DNA from: Entomortierella parvispora E1425
Taxonomy: Eukaryota > Fungi > Mortierellomycota
Assembly (NCBI GenBank): GCA_020891255.1
Contig: BQFW01000012.1
Location: 558,001 to 622,000, forward strand
Direction: 5' to 3'
Length of the DNA: 64,000 bases
Shown here: piece after piece, positions 24,954 through 37,111 of the stretch
How positions within the stretch are numbered: position 1 is the first letter of the stretch
Layout: each line of letters starts with the position of its first letter
The notes under the pieces: model-generated
What the model was told of the DNA's origin: nothing
Database searches by the model: none
What the model saw: the letters and a program-made list of their open reading frames with translations, nothing else
Translations under genes and position numbers: made by a program

Positions 24954-27257
24954 TCATTTTTCACTGCTAGGCTCGCCGTCTGAGGTGGGAGTATGTGGAG
25001 TGGATGTTGCTAATGCTGCTGTGACGACCGTTGCCGTCTCTGTCGAAAGGCTCGTCCCGTTTGAAACTTTCAGTTCCTTGTCCTGGTCTGATGGGGCCGA
25101 AGAAGAAGCCGACGACAAGGAACCTGACCGTTCTTGTTCAGATCGCAGGTATTCCTGTAAGCGCAATTGATCCATTAGTTTGGTTGTAATTGGGTCCAAC
25201 ATCAAAAGACTCTGAGCAAATGCAGCGCCATCTTCTTGCTCTCCTCCTTCATCCCCTCCGAACCGTTTCTGTCCAAGGATCGGCGTTTCCGAGGTTGCAT
25301 TGGAAACGATCGCTCCATTCAACGCGTCGACCAAATCTTTTTGAGAAGGCAGCAAAGGAGATTGCGTAACCGGCGGGAGAGAGCGAGGTGGGGTCATCAT
25401 CTTGTGGAAATATGGATGATACGCCTGTTGCTGCTTTTGAAGGAATTGCGGATATTGAGGGCTATCCTTTCCTAAGAGCTTTTTCCGAGACGGGATCGAC
25501 GCCTCCGTGCCTTCAAAAGACGCGTCATGAGACGAAACCATCCTAGATTTTTGTTCACTGCCACCCATGCCATTCTCAAAAGAGGGTGAGCGAGTAGTTC
25601 CCTGTCCATCTCTGCTCAGTGAGGTGTGGCTATGTATGTGGCTATAGCTGTTCACGGGTTCGGAGCGTCGCCGATGCATTGTCGTCATCCGAGGCGTTGC
25701 TGAAGCGGAATCATGACGATTCGATGATCCCGCAGCCGTAGAGGAGGACCTGTATGCAGATGTATTCAAACACCCTCCATCCAAACTCTGTCGGTTCAGA
25801 CCCATCATGGCTTCCTTGAAGATGAAGTGATCCGGTGGTAATGTGCTTGAAGAGACTTCTGCAGGATTACGTCTTTGGTGGGTTGAGCCTCCTGAAGGGG
25901 AGGATGAACTGGTAGAAGAGGATGAAGATAGAGATGCAGATTGGCCATGACGACGCGTTCCTACGGATTTAGTCTGGACGTGCGGCTGGCCTGGATGAGG
26001 ATGATGCTGCAGTAAATGGAGAGGCGACTGAGCTGCTTGCTGATTGCGATGTTGCTGTAGTGGCGGCGGTAGTGCGTTATGGGCATTGTTGGAACTCACG
26101 GCTGCTTGGGTCGGTACCAAACGTGGGCCTAACAAAGGTGAGCCATAGGGACATGGGCTAGTCGAGGCTGACATTCTCATCAGCGATTCAGAGCATCTGC
26201 CCAGCTCGGCCTCCATCTTGAACTTGGAAGATCGCCTCTTACGGCCATTGGGAGAAGATGACGAGGAAGGAGATGTGACCATGCCTCTCGCAGCTTTGGT
26301 TGAGGGCGAGAAGGGAGCTTGCCCCAATTGGGAAAGCGAAGCAAGATACTCTGCGAACGTGTTTCCTCCACTAGGTGAAGAACAAGTGGCCACAAAGGGC
26401 TGGCCAGGAGGCACGCCATTTTCTTGATGATGATGATGACGAGGATGTTGTTGTTGTTGTTGTTGCTGCTGCAGGAGACGCTGCGCCATTGCGTTTCTTG
26501 CTGCTGGGCTGCCGGCGATAGAAGTTGAATATGGGGCAGTATCACACGAATGTCGACGATTGGCCAATGCCGCTTGCGCCACATGATGCTGACGATGGCT
26601 ATGGCCATAGCTATGTTGAGATGCCAGAACAACCTCCATCAAGTCCTCGTCGCGAAGAGGTCGCTTTTTACCCGATGGCATGGGTGGGGGAGCATGGGGA
26701 GTATAAGGAGAAGCACAGGCAGAGTGTGTTGGGGTTGCCGCTGATGAGGTCGGGAGCGAATAAAACCCAGGATGTACAAAGTCTTCTTTTTCCTCTGGGT
26801 TCTTCATTTCCCGTGGAGGGATGTGGCCAATATGGGTTGTTGACTTGGGAGGTGATGTGGGTGCCAATGGGACAGATTTTGTTGCCGTCCGTGCTGACGC
26901 TGCTGACGCGGTGGTACTCTCTGTAGGGCAATTAGAGAGTTCCAGGAGAAGGCTAAGTTCATCCAAATCCCAATTACCATCTACCTCCATCGCTGCGTCC
27001 AAGACGGCTTGCTGTTGTTGTCCAAAAAGGTCTTGAATCTGAGTATTCGAACCAAACTGGGGATTTTCGATGCCTTGAAGAAAATCGAGACTTGTGTCGA
27101 CATTTGTGAAGCTGTCTTCTGTAAAAGAAAGTCTCGCGCTGTCGGGGTGTTGAGAGGGCGTGGTTGTAAGGGTGTCGGTGCTCCACTCAAATGCTTCCTG
27201 ATTATCAAACAGGGATGACAACAGGGTAGAGTCAACAGTATTGAGCAAGTGCGGCAT
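24954..27257 (-). CDS. Hypothetical low-complexity protein rich in S/Q/H, single exon
   Basis: Long ORF (767 aa from ATG 27257) with poly-Q, poly-S and poly-H tracts and an acidic-hydrophobic N-terminus. No domain recognised. Confidence 0.7.
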   Translation of the reverse strand: MPHLLNTVDSTLLSSLFDNQEAFEWSTDTLTTTPSQHPDSARLSFTEDSFTNVDTSLDFLQGIENPQFGSNTQIQDLFGQQQQAVLDAAMEVDGNWDLDELSLLLELSNCPTESTTASAASARTATKSVPLAPTSPPKSTTHIGHIPPREMKNPEEKEDFVHPGFYSLPTSSAATPTHSACASPYTPHAPPPMPSGKKRPLRDEDLMEVVLASQHSYGHSHRQHHVAQAALANRRHSCDTAPYSTSIAGSPAARNAMAQRLLQQQQQQQQHPRHHHHQENGVPPGQPFVATCSSPSGGNTFAEYLASLSQLGQAPFSPSTKAARGMVTSPSSSSSPNGRKRRSSKFKMEAELGRCSESLMRMSASTSPCPYGSPLLGPRLVPTQAAVSSNNAHNALPPPLQQHRNQQAAQSPLHLLQHHPHPGQPHVQTKSVGTRRHGQSASLSSSSSTSSSSPSGGSTHQRRNPAEVSSSTLPPDHFIFKEAMMGLNRQSLDGGCLNTSAYRSSSTAAGSSNRHDSASATPRMTTMHRRRSEPVNSYSHIHSHTSLSRDGQGTTRSPSFENGMGGSEQKSRMVSSHDASFEGTEASIPSRKKLLGKDSPQYPQFLQKQQQAYHPYFHKMMTPPRSLPPVTQSPLLPSQKDLVDALNGAIVSNATSETPILGQKRFGGDEGGEQEDGAAFAQSLLMLDPITTKLMDQLRLQEYLRSEQERSGSLSSASSSAPSDQDKELKVSNGTSLSTETATVVTAALATSTPHTPTSDGEPSSEK

Positions 27258-27695
27258 TTTTTGGTTTGTGGGGGATGCCTTGGGGAAAAGAGCAGGGAAA
27301 AGCAGTGGGGGAAGGGTAAAGGGTAAAGGGTAAAGGGACAAAAACGTTATATATGGTAAAAGCAAGGATCGACTAGAGAGCGGCAGTGAGGAGATGAGGG
27401 ACGAAACATCCAGTCGCCTTTCATATTTATACTCCTTTCTGTCCTCTCAGAGCCATGGACTTCTGTAGTGATTTTCACTGACCTGGATTGCAGACAGGAA
27501 AGGGGGCCAATTTGGAATTTTTCAACGGTCGCCGTTGTTGACCCGTTACTTGGAATCTGGCATCATCATTATTACAATATGAAGTCGTGTGAAAAGATAT
27601 ATTTTAATGAGAGTGAAGAGTTAAAGGGTTGGGTCGCACCACTGCTTCTATGGCAGGACCATGCAGGGGTGTCTATTCTACAGAAAATGCACAAA

Positions 27696-30600
27696 CTATG
27701 ACTTGATGCAAGACCCAAGCACAGGCTCTACCGATGCTGGGGTGGATGATGTTAATACGACGGACGTCGACAACTGGCCGGTAATGGCTGCGCTCGTCGT
27801 TGTGGGTGGGGCTGTGATCGCAGCAGGAGCACGGTTGTGGGCCATATGTGACTTGACAAGGTGTCCAGCAGCAAGGGCAGCCATGAGGGACAGCTCACCG
27901 GCCATAACACCGGCGCAAATGATTCGAGCCAAACGCTGGGCGTTGGCGCCGGGGGTATCTGGGTGGGATCCACGCACGCCAAGAAGGTCGAGCATGGAGG
28001 CTTGTGGGGGCAAGGCAGTTCCACCTCCCAATGTGCCTACTTCGATCGATGGCATTGTGCAAGAGATCAACAAATCCTGACCGTTGTTGACGGCCTTCAT
28101 CAAAGTGATGCAGTTGGAGGACTCAACGTTCTGGGCAGGGTCCTGACCGGTGGCGAGGTAGATGGCAGTGAGAATGTTGGCAGCATGGGCATTGAAGCCT
28201 CCCATAGCACCAGCCATGGCAGATCCAATCAAGTTCTTGTTAATGTTCAAGTCCACCAATGCCTCGACAGTGGTCTTCAAGACGCTCTCGACAACCTTTC
28301 CGGGGACAACAGCCTCTGCGACGACAGACTTTCCACGACCCTCAATCCAGTTGATGGCAGCAGGCTTCTTGTCCGTGCAGTAGTTTCCTGACAAAGCGAC
28401 AATCGTCATGGCGGGGAACTTCTCGCCAAGAACCTCCAAAGCACGCTCGCATCCCTTGGAAATCATGTTCATGCCCATAGCATCACCAGTCGTAGTCGAG
28501 AAGCGGATGTAAACCAGTCGACCAGCGACCGCGACCTTGAGCTTACGAAGACGACCAAAGCGAGTAGTCGAGTTGAAAGCTTCCTGCATGACCTCCAAAC
28601 CCTCACCCTCCAACCACTTCTTACAAGCACCAGCTTGGAGAACATTGGGGAACTCGACACAGGGTCCACGAGTCATACCATCAGCCAAGAGAACAGTGGT
28701 GGCTCCACCACCGGCATTGATAGCCTTGCAGCCACGGGAGGCGGAGGCGACTAAGCAACCTTCAGTAGTAGCCATGGGCAAGTAAAGAACCTCACCGTCA
28801 ACGTTGAAAGGACCGGCGACACCGACGGGCAAAGGCATGTATCCAATGACGTTTTCGCAGCACTGGCCCATAACCTTCGAGTAGTCGTAGTAGTGCATAG
28901 GAAGCAAGGAGGTCTCCAAAGTCTTGGTGTGGGTAGCACGCGAAATGATAGCACGACGAATCTTGACGGCACGTGTCAAGTCACCGAGAGTCTTCTCCAG
29001 GGCATAGGCAGGGATCTTGTTGTTGTTAACAAGCATGACCAATTCTTCATCCGTAACGGCGGCTGCACCAGCAGAGGACTTGACAATGGCCAAGCACTCA
29101 TCCAAGGACCGAACTGGGGTCATGGCACCTCCATCCTTGAGAACGATAGCAGTCTCGGCCACGGCCTTGGGCTGGGGCAAGGACTCGACTTTTTGAACGT
29201 GAGTAGTCTGAATCTTGACAGGAGCGGGAGTAGGAACCTTTTGAGCAGCAATCTTTGTGGTAGTGGCAACCACGGTCGTGACAGTGGTTGCGGTGTTGGC
29301 GGAAGGAGCAGCAGACGTAGAGACAGGCATTTGACGCGACTGCTTGGCGACGTTGAGCAAAAAGATGTTGAGGAGAAGGGAGGCGGCAAGAGTAAGAGTG
29401 ATGTACTTTGACAAGACGGGGTCCTGAATCAAGTAGGACCACAATCCAAACATTTTCTCCAATGGGCGCTCAGTCCAGTTGGCAACGGCGCTCATGACAG
29501 GGACCTGGTGCTGGAAAGCAAGGGCAGGAGCAACCTCAACGATCATGGGCATATCCTTCAAGCTAGAAGCGCGATGAATGGAGAGCAAGCTCTGAAGAAC
29601 AGGTGCAATTGAAGGATCCGTAACGTCAACAGACGAGCCCAAAGGCGTGTCAGCAATGGTGGAAGTGGTGAGGGTAGTGCAGACGTTGAAAAGATGCATG
29701 GCTACAAAGCCAACAATAAGAGCGAGTTTGATCCTGGCGACAAGACGAGTCTCGGTCTTGTTGACCGCGGTCTCGTTGGTGGTGTCCTGCTGTTTTTCCA
29801 AAGTCTCGCTTCCAGAGCCAAGGAGGGCCTTCAAGGTGAGCTCGCTAAAGTACTTTGGCGACTTGCTGCTCTCACGAATGCGACGCAACTCCAACTTCAA
29901 TGTCAGAATGGAAGTATAAAAGGTGAACAAAAGACCCAGATCGTAGAACAACATGAAGGCGGCCAAAAGACAGAACTCTTTCAGTCCTGGGATGCCAGAG
30001 AGGAAACCGCAGAGAAGGACGGCGATCTCAATGGCGCAGTTGCGGATGAGGATGGGGCCAACAGACTCGAGGGCAGAGACGACGTGCTTCTGAATCGACT
30101 CGGGAACATGGTCCTCGACAGTAGGGCGGAGAACGGCCTTGGACAAGGTGTACGCACGCTCGTAGCCGACAGTGATGATAAAGAAGGGGATGGCCTCAGA
30201 CAACTGGATGGGGTTAACATAGACTCCGAGGTTGTGAACAGTGATGACGGCACCCATGAAAGCAAATCCGCCTCCAACAAGAACGGAAACGGCAAGGGTG
30301 AACTGGGAACCGAGCTTGCGCATGTTCATGAAGAGCAATCCGAACGAGCAGAACATGATAAAGTACGCAGTGAGGATCACAAAGACGTCAATTGAGCTTG
30401 CTTTCTATTAATATTGCAAAGACGCAACAAGCAAAAGATGATGTTAATTAACAGCTTCCCTGGTTCACATTAGGGTGCGCGTGCACTTGAACAAAGAGAA
30501 AACAAACCTGGACAAGTCCCTCGATTTTATGTGCAACATCAAGAAGGGCAGCGCCGATCCAAGCCAAAGCCGACTTTTCATCCTGGAGCAACTTTGACTG

Positions 30601-31371
30601 AGACTTCATGGTGGGCGTCTGCAGATGGGCAACCTTGGACTCCCAAGCCTGAGCCAGGCGCGACTGGAATGGGCCATTGGCGTCGAAAGCGTACGAAAGC
30701 ACCAAGGCAGCGCTAGCAGAGTTGTTTTGGGAAGCGACAGTGGTGGAGCGAAGATCCTTGAAGAGGTAGTCCAGAGTCTCGACATTCTCAGTCAACGTGG
30801 CAAGAACCTTTCCATCCTTGACGAGGTTGTGCATATCCCGATCCCAGAGCTGAAGAGGTGAGACGAGGACCTGGTCCTCGATAAGGGACTGCAACTGCAA
30901 GACTGAAGACAGGGTAGATTTCTTCACAGCCTGGCTCTCCTGGGTATCAGCGTCCACCAAGGAGGCAGTGGCCGAGGGATCAACGGTGACAAGGACCTGC
31001 TTGAGCTGCAATTGCTGTGCGTTTCTGGGGATTTTGTTTGTACGGGGATCGAAGGGCAGGAACTCGTCCAGACCTGGGCGGGAAATGACAGTGGCGGGCT
31101 GGTACACGACAACGTTGTTGATGTCAAAGAAGGTCGAGTGACGAATAGTGTTGAAGAGGGTGAAGTAGGAGAAGGAGGCAAAGATCAAGCACAAGGTAAT
31201 GGATTCGATCGGGTGCTGGGTCGTGGCCGAAGCGAGGGTGTGGATGAAGCGCCGGAGACCCGAGTTTCTGTAGTTTGCGTCCATGGACATGTCAAGGGCG
31301 TCGACATCGTCCTGGATATGGCGGTCCTTGCGCAGAGTCTGCGACTCGGGCATGTGTGTCTTTCCGGTCAT
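27696..31371 (-). CDS. HMG1: HMG-CoA reductase with membrane/sterol-sensing domain; one intron near 30405-30506
   Basis: HPIE motif, SSD region, CCENVIGYMPLPVGVAGP, MATTEGCLVAS, DGMTRGP, TGDAMGMNM, SGNYCTDKKPAAINWIEGRGKSV, GQDPAQNVESS and GELSLMAALAAGHLVKSHM. Confidence 0.98.
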
Positions 31372-32120
31372 ATCGTTGGGGTTACGGAGATATGTTCTCG
31401 ATCAGTCAGTCCGATGCGTCTTCTTTATCCCGGTCCGGTGGCGTGTTTAAAGAGAAGGGGGAGGAGAAGGAAAGAACGGGAAGGCCACGTCGGATGAGAA
31501 TGGGGGATGACAGGAGGATGAATGAATGCAACGGAAACGGATGAGGAGAGGAAGAGGAAGAGAGAGGAGAAAGAAGAGGAAGAAGGACGGAGTGGAAAGA
31601 CAGCCAGAAGGGAAGAAAAACAGGCGGTCGGAGAATCGTTTCTTGCTCTTTTTCGTCTTTTTCATTATCAGCAAACCATCCTGAGGCGGGGTGCCTCCAG
31701 TGCCTGGGACACGCAGTCAGAAAGGTCTTCATTTGAAAACTTTCATTCTATTTTCCTCATCCCGCGGTCTGTCCCACTGCTCGTCGCTGTCCTCTGGCTG
31801 CCTCCACATCGACCACAAGGACAAGGACAAGGACTGCACCCTCCTCGGCTGGCTCTCGTGTAAAGTGCCGCCTGTTCTTTCGTCCATCTCTCTTCATCGT
31901 GCACTGAACTGGGCTTGTTGTTGCGCGCGCAAAGCAAGGCAAAAGAGTGGACGAGAACCGATTCAAGCAGCCTCTGTCGTTGACGATTGATTGTCAATTA
32001 CAGAGTCAAACATGCGCAAAAGAGAGGTTAATTGACCGACCGTCGAATCAGGCCACTCAAATTTAGCGTTTTCCGCCCTGGTCTCTGACCTTCTTTCAGG
32101 TCCCACCAAAGGGGGAAAAA

Positions 32121-32130
32121 ATCGCACGAT
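32121..32130. promoter_or_regulatory. Candidate SREBP (Sre1/SrbA-type) sterol-regulatory element upstream of HMG-CoA reductase
   Basis: ATCGCACGAT matches the fungal SRE consensus ATCRBMYGAT and lies about 750 bp upstream of the HMGR start. A 10-mer can occur by chance. Confidence 0.35.
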
Positions 32131-32651
32131 CCACCTTTGTGCTGGCTAACTGCACAGAGGCTGGCTGGTCTGCAAACGAAGACTGGGCGAGACAGCCCCC
32201 TCACCCACCACCCCCCTCCCAGTCCTCTCTTCTTCCCTCTCTGTCTGCCCCCCTTCAGCCTTGTCGCCACAGTGGGTGGAACCTTTTGTGCCCTCTCTTC
32301 CCGATCCCCCGTTCCCTTCCAGGAATGGACGTGTTGTTTACATGGAGTGAAATTTGTCTTTCGCAGCCAGCTGCAGCCAGTCTGCAGCTCAGCGATTGGT
32401 TGGTTTTTGCAACGGACCACCTTTTTTTTTCTCTGTTCATTCCACTGCTTGCTTGCTTTTTGTTTTCCCAAGCTCTCTGTTTGTAAGTTGCTTGTGCTTT
32501 GCTTGTAACGTAACGGCAGTCTGGATTCGTTGCATCATTGTCACCACAATCACGAATGATCATTGTCATTATCATTATCATCATCATTACTCTTCAACGT
32601 CAATTGTACGGGTGTGATTCATTAGTGATATAGATGGGGCTATCTCAGTGA

Positions 32652-33820
32652 CTAGGCGCTTGGAGGATGTTCCACTTTAGGAAGCACTGGAGTAGCATGA
32701 ATATGGTTGGGTATCGTAGTGCCGTTTCGCAAAAAGGCACCTAGCGAATGATGATGTTGCTGTTGATGTTGCTGCTCCTCTTGTCCTAAAGGAGACGCCT
32801 TAAGGTCTTCTTCGGTGCCTACGATTGTTGTGCTGGTGGACTGAGCCTCCTCAAATCGGAAAGGGGGCTCACCCACCTCAGTGGCGGCGTTTGCAGCCTT
32901 CTCTTCATCCATCGAGACTTCGCGGACTCGGGCAAGCTCCGGATGGAGTTTGTTGAAATAGACATAGAATACAACCACGATCAAGTCGCAGATCAAGACC
33001 ACGACATAGTTCAAGGCGGCCAAGAGATCAAACTCCTCGCGAAAGGCCAAAGAGATCAAGGAAAAGCAGGCTCCAGCGGCATCCGCAGCAATGAAAGGCA
33101 TGGAGACACCGACCACAGAGCGATCTCTGTAAATGTCGAAATACTGGGGCATGAATCCAATGGCCAGCAGAATAATGGGGATGATCCCTGCGGCGTCGAT
33201 AGTGCCTTTGACATCGTGATCTTTTCCCGCCTAGAGATTCGAAAAGCCAAGGACAAAAAAAAAACGTGGTCCCGATTAAAATCTTTGGAATGAAGACGAG
33301 ACTCGGTTGCACAAACAAACAAACAACATCGATCTGTGTTGTGTGTTGTTTTCAAAAGAGAATACGGAGCCCATGCATTCATGCTCTGCATTCTGTGAGA
33401 CAGTTCATTCAGATCAGCATCCATCAAATGCCCAATGTACATTGTTCTTACCCTTGTTGCAAATACAGCTCCGGCCTGGATTCCTGCCATTGCGACAAAG
33501 AAAAAGACGGCAGCGATCATGGTCCATTTGAGGGACCACCGTGTCCTTTGTCCGTAATACAGACACTGCAGGTAACAAACTGTGGACAGGGCACCAAAGA
33601 TTTGAGGCTGGATGATAATAGGGTACGACAGTTGTTCAACAATTCCATAAGATCCGAAGCCGAGAGCAGCCAGAGTCCAAATGAAAAACATGGAGTATGA
33701 TAGACCTTCGGTGGATTTGGCTTTGTAATTGTCAACAACTTGAGGCAGCAACTGAAAGCTCCAAAAGACAATGCCTAGCATGCCAAACACATTCTCAAGA
33801 ATCGACCGAGTGGATGGCAT
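32652..33820 (-). CDS. PQ-loop-repeat membrane transporter, 2 exons
   Basis: First loop FWSFQLLPQVVDNYKAKSTEGLS and second loop IGFMPQYFDIYRDRSVVGVSMPFIAAD, with multiple TM segments. Confidence 0.9.
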
Positions 33821-34482
33821 TTTGTCTGATTTGTTTGTTATGTGATCTGATCTGTGCTGTACTGTGCCGAGCTGTGATGATCAAGAGAAAGGTGGGTGAG
33901 GGAAGTAGGAAGGAGGGTATAACTAGGGTATAGTCAGAGAGGGTCGACTGTCTGATCGAGAGAGAGAGGGGAGGAAGAAGGGAAAAAGAGACAAGAGCAA
34001 AAGGCGTGAACTTCAAAATGAGACAATGGAAGTAAGCAGGGATGGAACCAGCAGCAGCACGAGGTCGGTATATACCTGCAAACCGTATTCAAGAAACGGT
34101 CGCTGGACAGCGTTTGACTGGCCAATGTTTCGTCGGACTTGGAGTCTTGGTTGTAGGAGCTGCCGAGCGGGGTACCGTTTTAAAAAGGAAAAATCATTTG
34201 TAATTTTGGAGTCCGCCTTCACCGCCTTTTCTTACCGTTGCAACGACTTTTTTTTGTGGTGAACAGAACATTGAATTGTTGCACAACAGATCTGCAATGG
34301 GTAGTGTTATTCGGAAACAACAAGAGACTAAGATCGGTATCAGGAGCATTTTATTTTCTCCAAATTTCTATAGTACAAGGTAAGGGTAGAATTACAAGAG
34401 GATGACAACAGCACAAGCTGAACGAGATCTTGGGATATATGGTGTTTGGAAGGTAATAATCAATATCATCAGGTCATCCTCC

Positions 34483-37111
34483 TTATGCAGCAGGAGCACA
34501 GTGACCAATAGAGCCCATGAAAAGACCATTGTGGTTGCTCTCCATGCAGGATCTGGCCAAAAGTCGTTGCAGGCGTTCGTGTGATGTCCTGCATCCGTTT
34601 GCTGCTGCGCGCTCAAACCACAAAGAGGCCTCTTCCAGTTGGACTTCGCATCCCAAGCCCTTTTCCTAGAAAAACAAAAAAGAAAAAGGAGTAACATGTC
34701 AGCAAATGGTGAATAAACAAAAGGCATGAGATGAAGTTGATAAAGTTGAATAACTGAATAACTTACAAGAGCGTTGGCTAGGTGATATTGGCCTGCGAGA
34801 TGTCCCTGTTCGGCCGCAAGTCTAAAGTACCGAACAGCGAGCTTCACGTCCTGGGCAATGCCCTGTCCCAACTGCAAACAGACACCAAGCTTGTCCTGCG
34901 CACGAGCATGGTTCTGAGCTGCGGCCAAAGAGTAATACTTTACGGCCAATTCAAAGTTCTTGGCGACACCGATTTCGTTCGCGTAACAGAACCCGAGGTT
35001 GCACTGGGCCCAGGGGTTGTTCTGAGCAGCGGATTTTTCGTACCAGAAGACGGCCTTCTCTCGGTTCTTTTCTACGCCGAGGCCCTCCTCGTAACAGTAT
35101 CCAAGTGAGTTTTGAGCAAGCGCGTTGCCTTGTACAGAAGATCTGTAGAACCACTTGACGGCCTCTCTTGGATCCTTAGGGACACCGACACCATTGCGGA
35201 AGCAATAGCCAAGGGAGAGTTGAGCAGGTGCATGGTTCTCTTCAGCCGACAGGTAATACCAATAAACGGCTTCGTCCATATTTTGCTGGACACCGATGCC
35301 ATTCTGGTAGCAGTAGCCAAGCGAGTGAAATGCAAAAATGTTTCCACGCTCTGCAGACTTCATGTACCACTGCACAGCCTCGTTCTGATCCTTGGGAACA
35401 CCGATGCCGTTTTGGTAGCAATATCCGAGATTGTGCTGAGCACGCGCATGGCCCTGGAGAGCAGCTCTGCGGTACCAATAGGCGCCCTTGATATCGTCTC
35501 TGGGGAGCCCGATGCCGTTTTGGTTGCAGTAGCCAAGATTGCACTCGGCCCAGGGGTATCCCTGCTCTGCCGACTTGGTGTACCACTCGACTGCAAGAGA
35601 ATGGTTCTGTTCAATGCCAACACCATCCTCATAACAGTATCCGAGCGAGTTTTGAGCAAACGCATTTCCAAGCACAGCAGAAAGGCGGTACCATTTGACT
35701 GCCTCGTATGGGTCGCGATCGCAGCCGAGCCCCTCCTCGTAGCAGTAGCCAATGTTGTAAAGTGCTACTGACTCTCCTTGTGCGGCTGCAATCCTGTACC
35801 ACTCCAATGCCTTCTTACGATCCTGTCCGACGCCAAAGCCCTCGGCATAACAATATCCGAGGATGCCTTGTCCGCGCGCATTGCCCTGTTCGGATGATTT
35901 CTTGTACCAAATGAAGGCCTCTGTGGGGTTTCTCTCCACAGCGATGCCCTCGTGGTAACACACTCCGAGGGCGTACTGACAACAATCGTCGTTGTCCACT
36001 GCCGCGGCTTCCATGAGCCAAGTCAAGGCAGAAGGGCCAACACGGTTCACCTTTTCCTGCCAAAACTCGGACTCAATCCGGTCAATCTTGACAGAGGGAC
36101 GACCATACTTGCGAAGAAAAGCCAGGCGGGCCATTGAGAGCCCATCGCCCTTCTCGGCGGCGAGGATATAGAGACGTTCGGCTTGGATAAAGTCGACCTT
36201 GGTGCCCAGACCAAACTCGATGCAAAAGGCGAGCACGCCCTGAGCCTCGAGGTGGCCAAGCTGCATGGCAAGACGGTAGTATTCGACAGCAGCGATCGAG
36301 TCCTTGGCCTGACCCTGACGACCAAAGAGCAGTCGCTGGGCCAGAGCAAAGAACTGGTCAGCTCTGGCGATATCGTGTTCGAGATCCATGGAGGAGGAGT
36401 TGGGTGTTATCTGAGCTGCACTTTCGAGCGAGTAGAGGGAGGAAGGAGGGGAAGGGCATGAAGGAGCAGCAATTGAATCTGCAGGGAAGGTGGTGGGTTT
36501 GTAGGTCTTGTTGAGTTTTGAAAAGACACTGCGGCCTCTGCGAAGAATGTGTGAAGCAGACATGGCAATGTGATTCGCCATGAGGCGGAAGTTTGAAGGA
36601 ATGCGTAAGTGGGTTGGTTGCTGTAAGAGATCAGAGGAGGGAGGGAGGGAGGGAAATCCGGGGGAGAGAGTGTAAGTGAGAACGAAGATAAGGGCGGGTG
36701 AAGGTGTTGTAAGCAGGCAGGTGGGGGTTGCAGGGAGAAAGAGAGGGAAAAGGTCAGGGCAGCAAAGGGACCGCGCGCTCTTTATATATGGGGTCCCATG
36801 GGCGAGCAGTCGAGACAGGAGGACAGACCACCCGACTAGCCGTTTTCTATTTCGGGGGGTCGTCCACTGCGCCATTGGTCTGTCTCGCGCAGATGCAACG
36901 TGCGACCGAAATGACCGCGAGCCTGTCCAGTTGCCGGGTCTCTGTTTCCCCCTCTCTCCATCCTCAGGAGTCCGCCCTGGTCTCTTGACTCGACGCCTGG
37001 AACGCCTGGTGTCTTTCTGAGTGTCGACTCGATGTCTCTGACGGCACCTCCTCCCAATTGATTGCTTACCTGACCATGGCTGCTGCTGCCGCTCCTGCCG
37101 CTTCTGACCAT
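34483..37111 (-). CDS. SEL1-repeat protein (about 15 repeats), 3 exons
   Basis: 36-aa periodic A..LGYCY..G.GV..D...AV.WY..SA.QG repeats. Probable 42-nt first exon 37111-37070 joined in frame at 36620. Last exon ends ...GHCAPAA* at 34483. Confidence 0.9.
36781..36788 (-). promoter_or_regulatory. TATA box inside the first intron of the SEL1 gene (possible alternative promoter)
   Basis: TATATAAA on the minus strand followed by a CT-rich tract, about 200 bp upstream of in-frame ATG 36581. Confidence 0.4.

Noticed and set aside
27861-30395. Several plus-strand ORFs of 170-230 aa opposite HMGR
   Set aside because: Antisense shadows of the HMGR coding frame.
34760-36000. 108-bp periodic DNA as a CRISPR-like or satellite array
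   Set aside because: The periodicity is the 36-aa SEL1 protein repeat, with synonymous divergence and no repeat/spacer structure.
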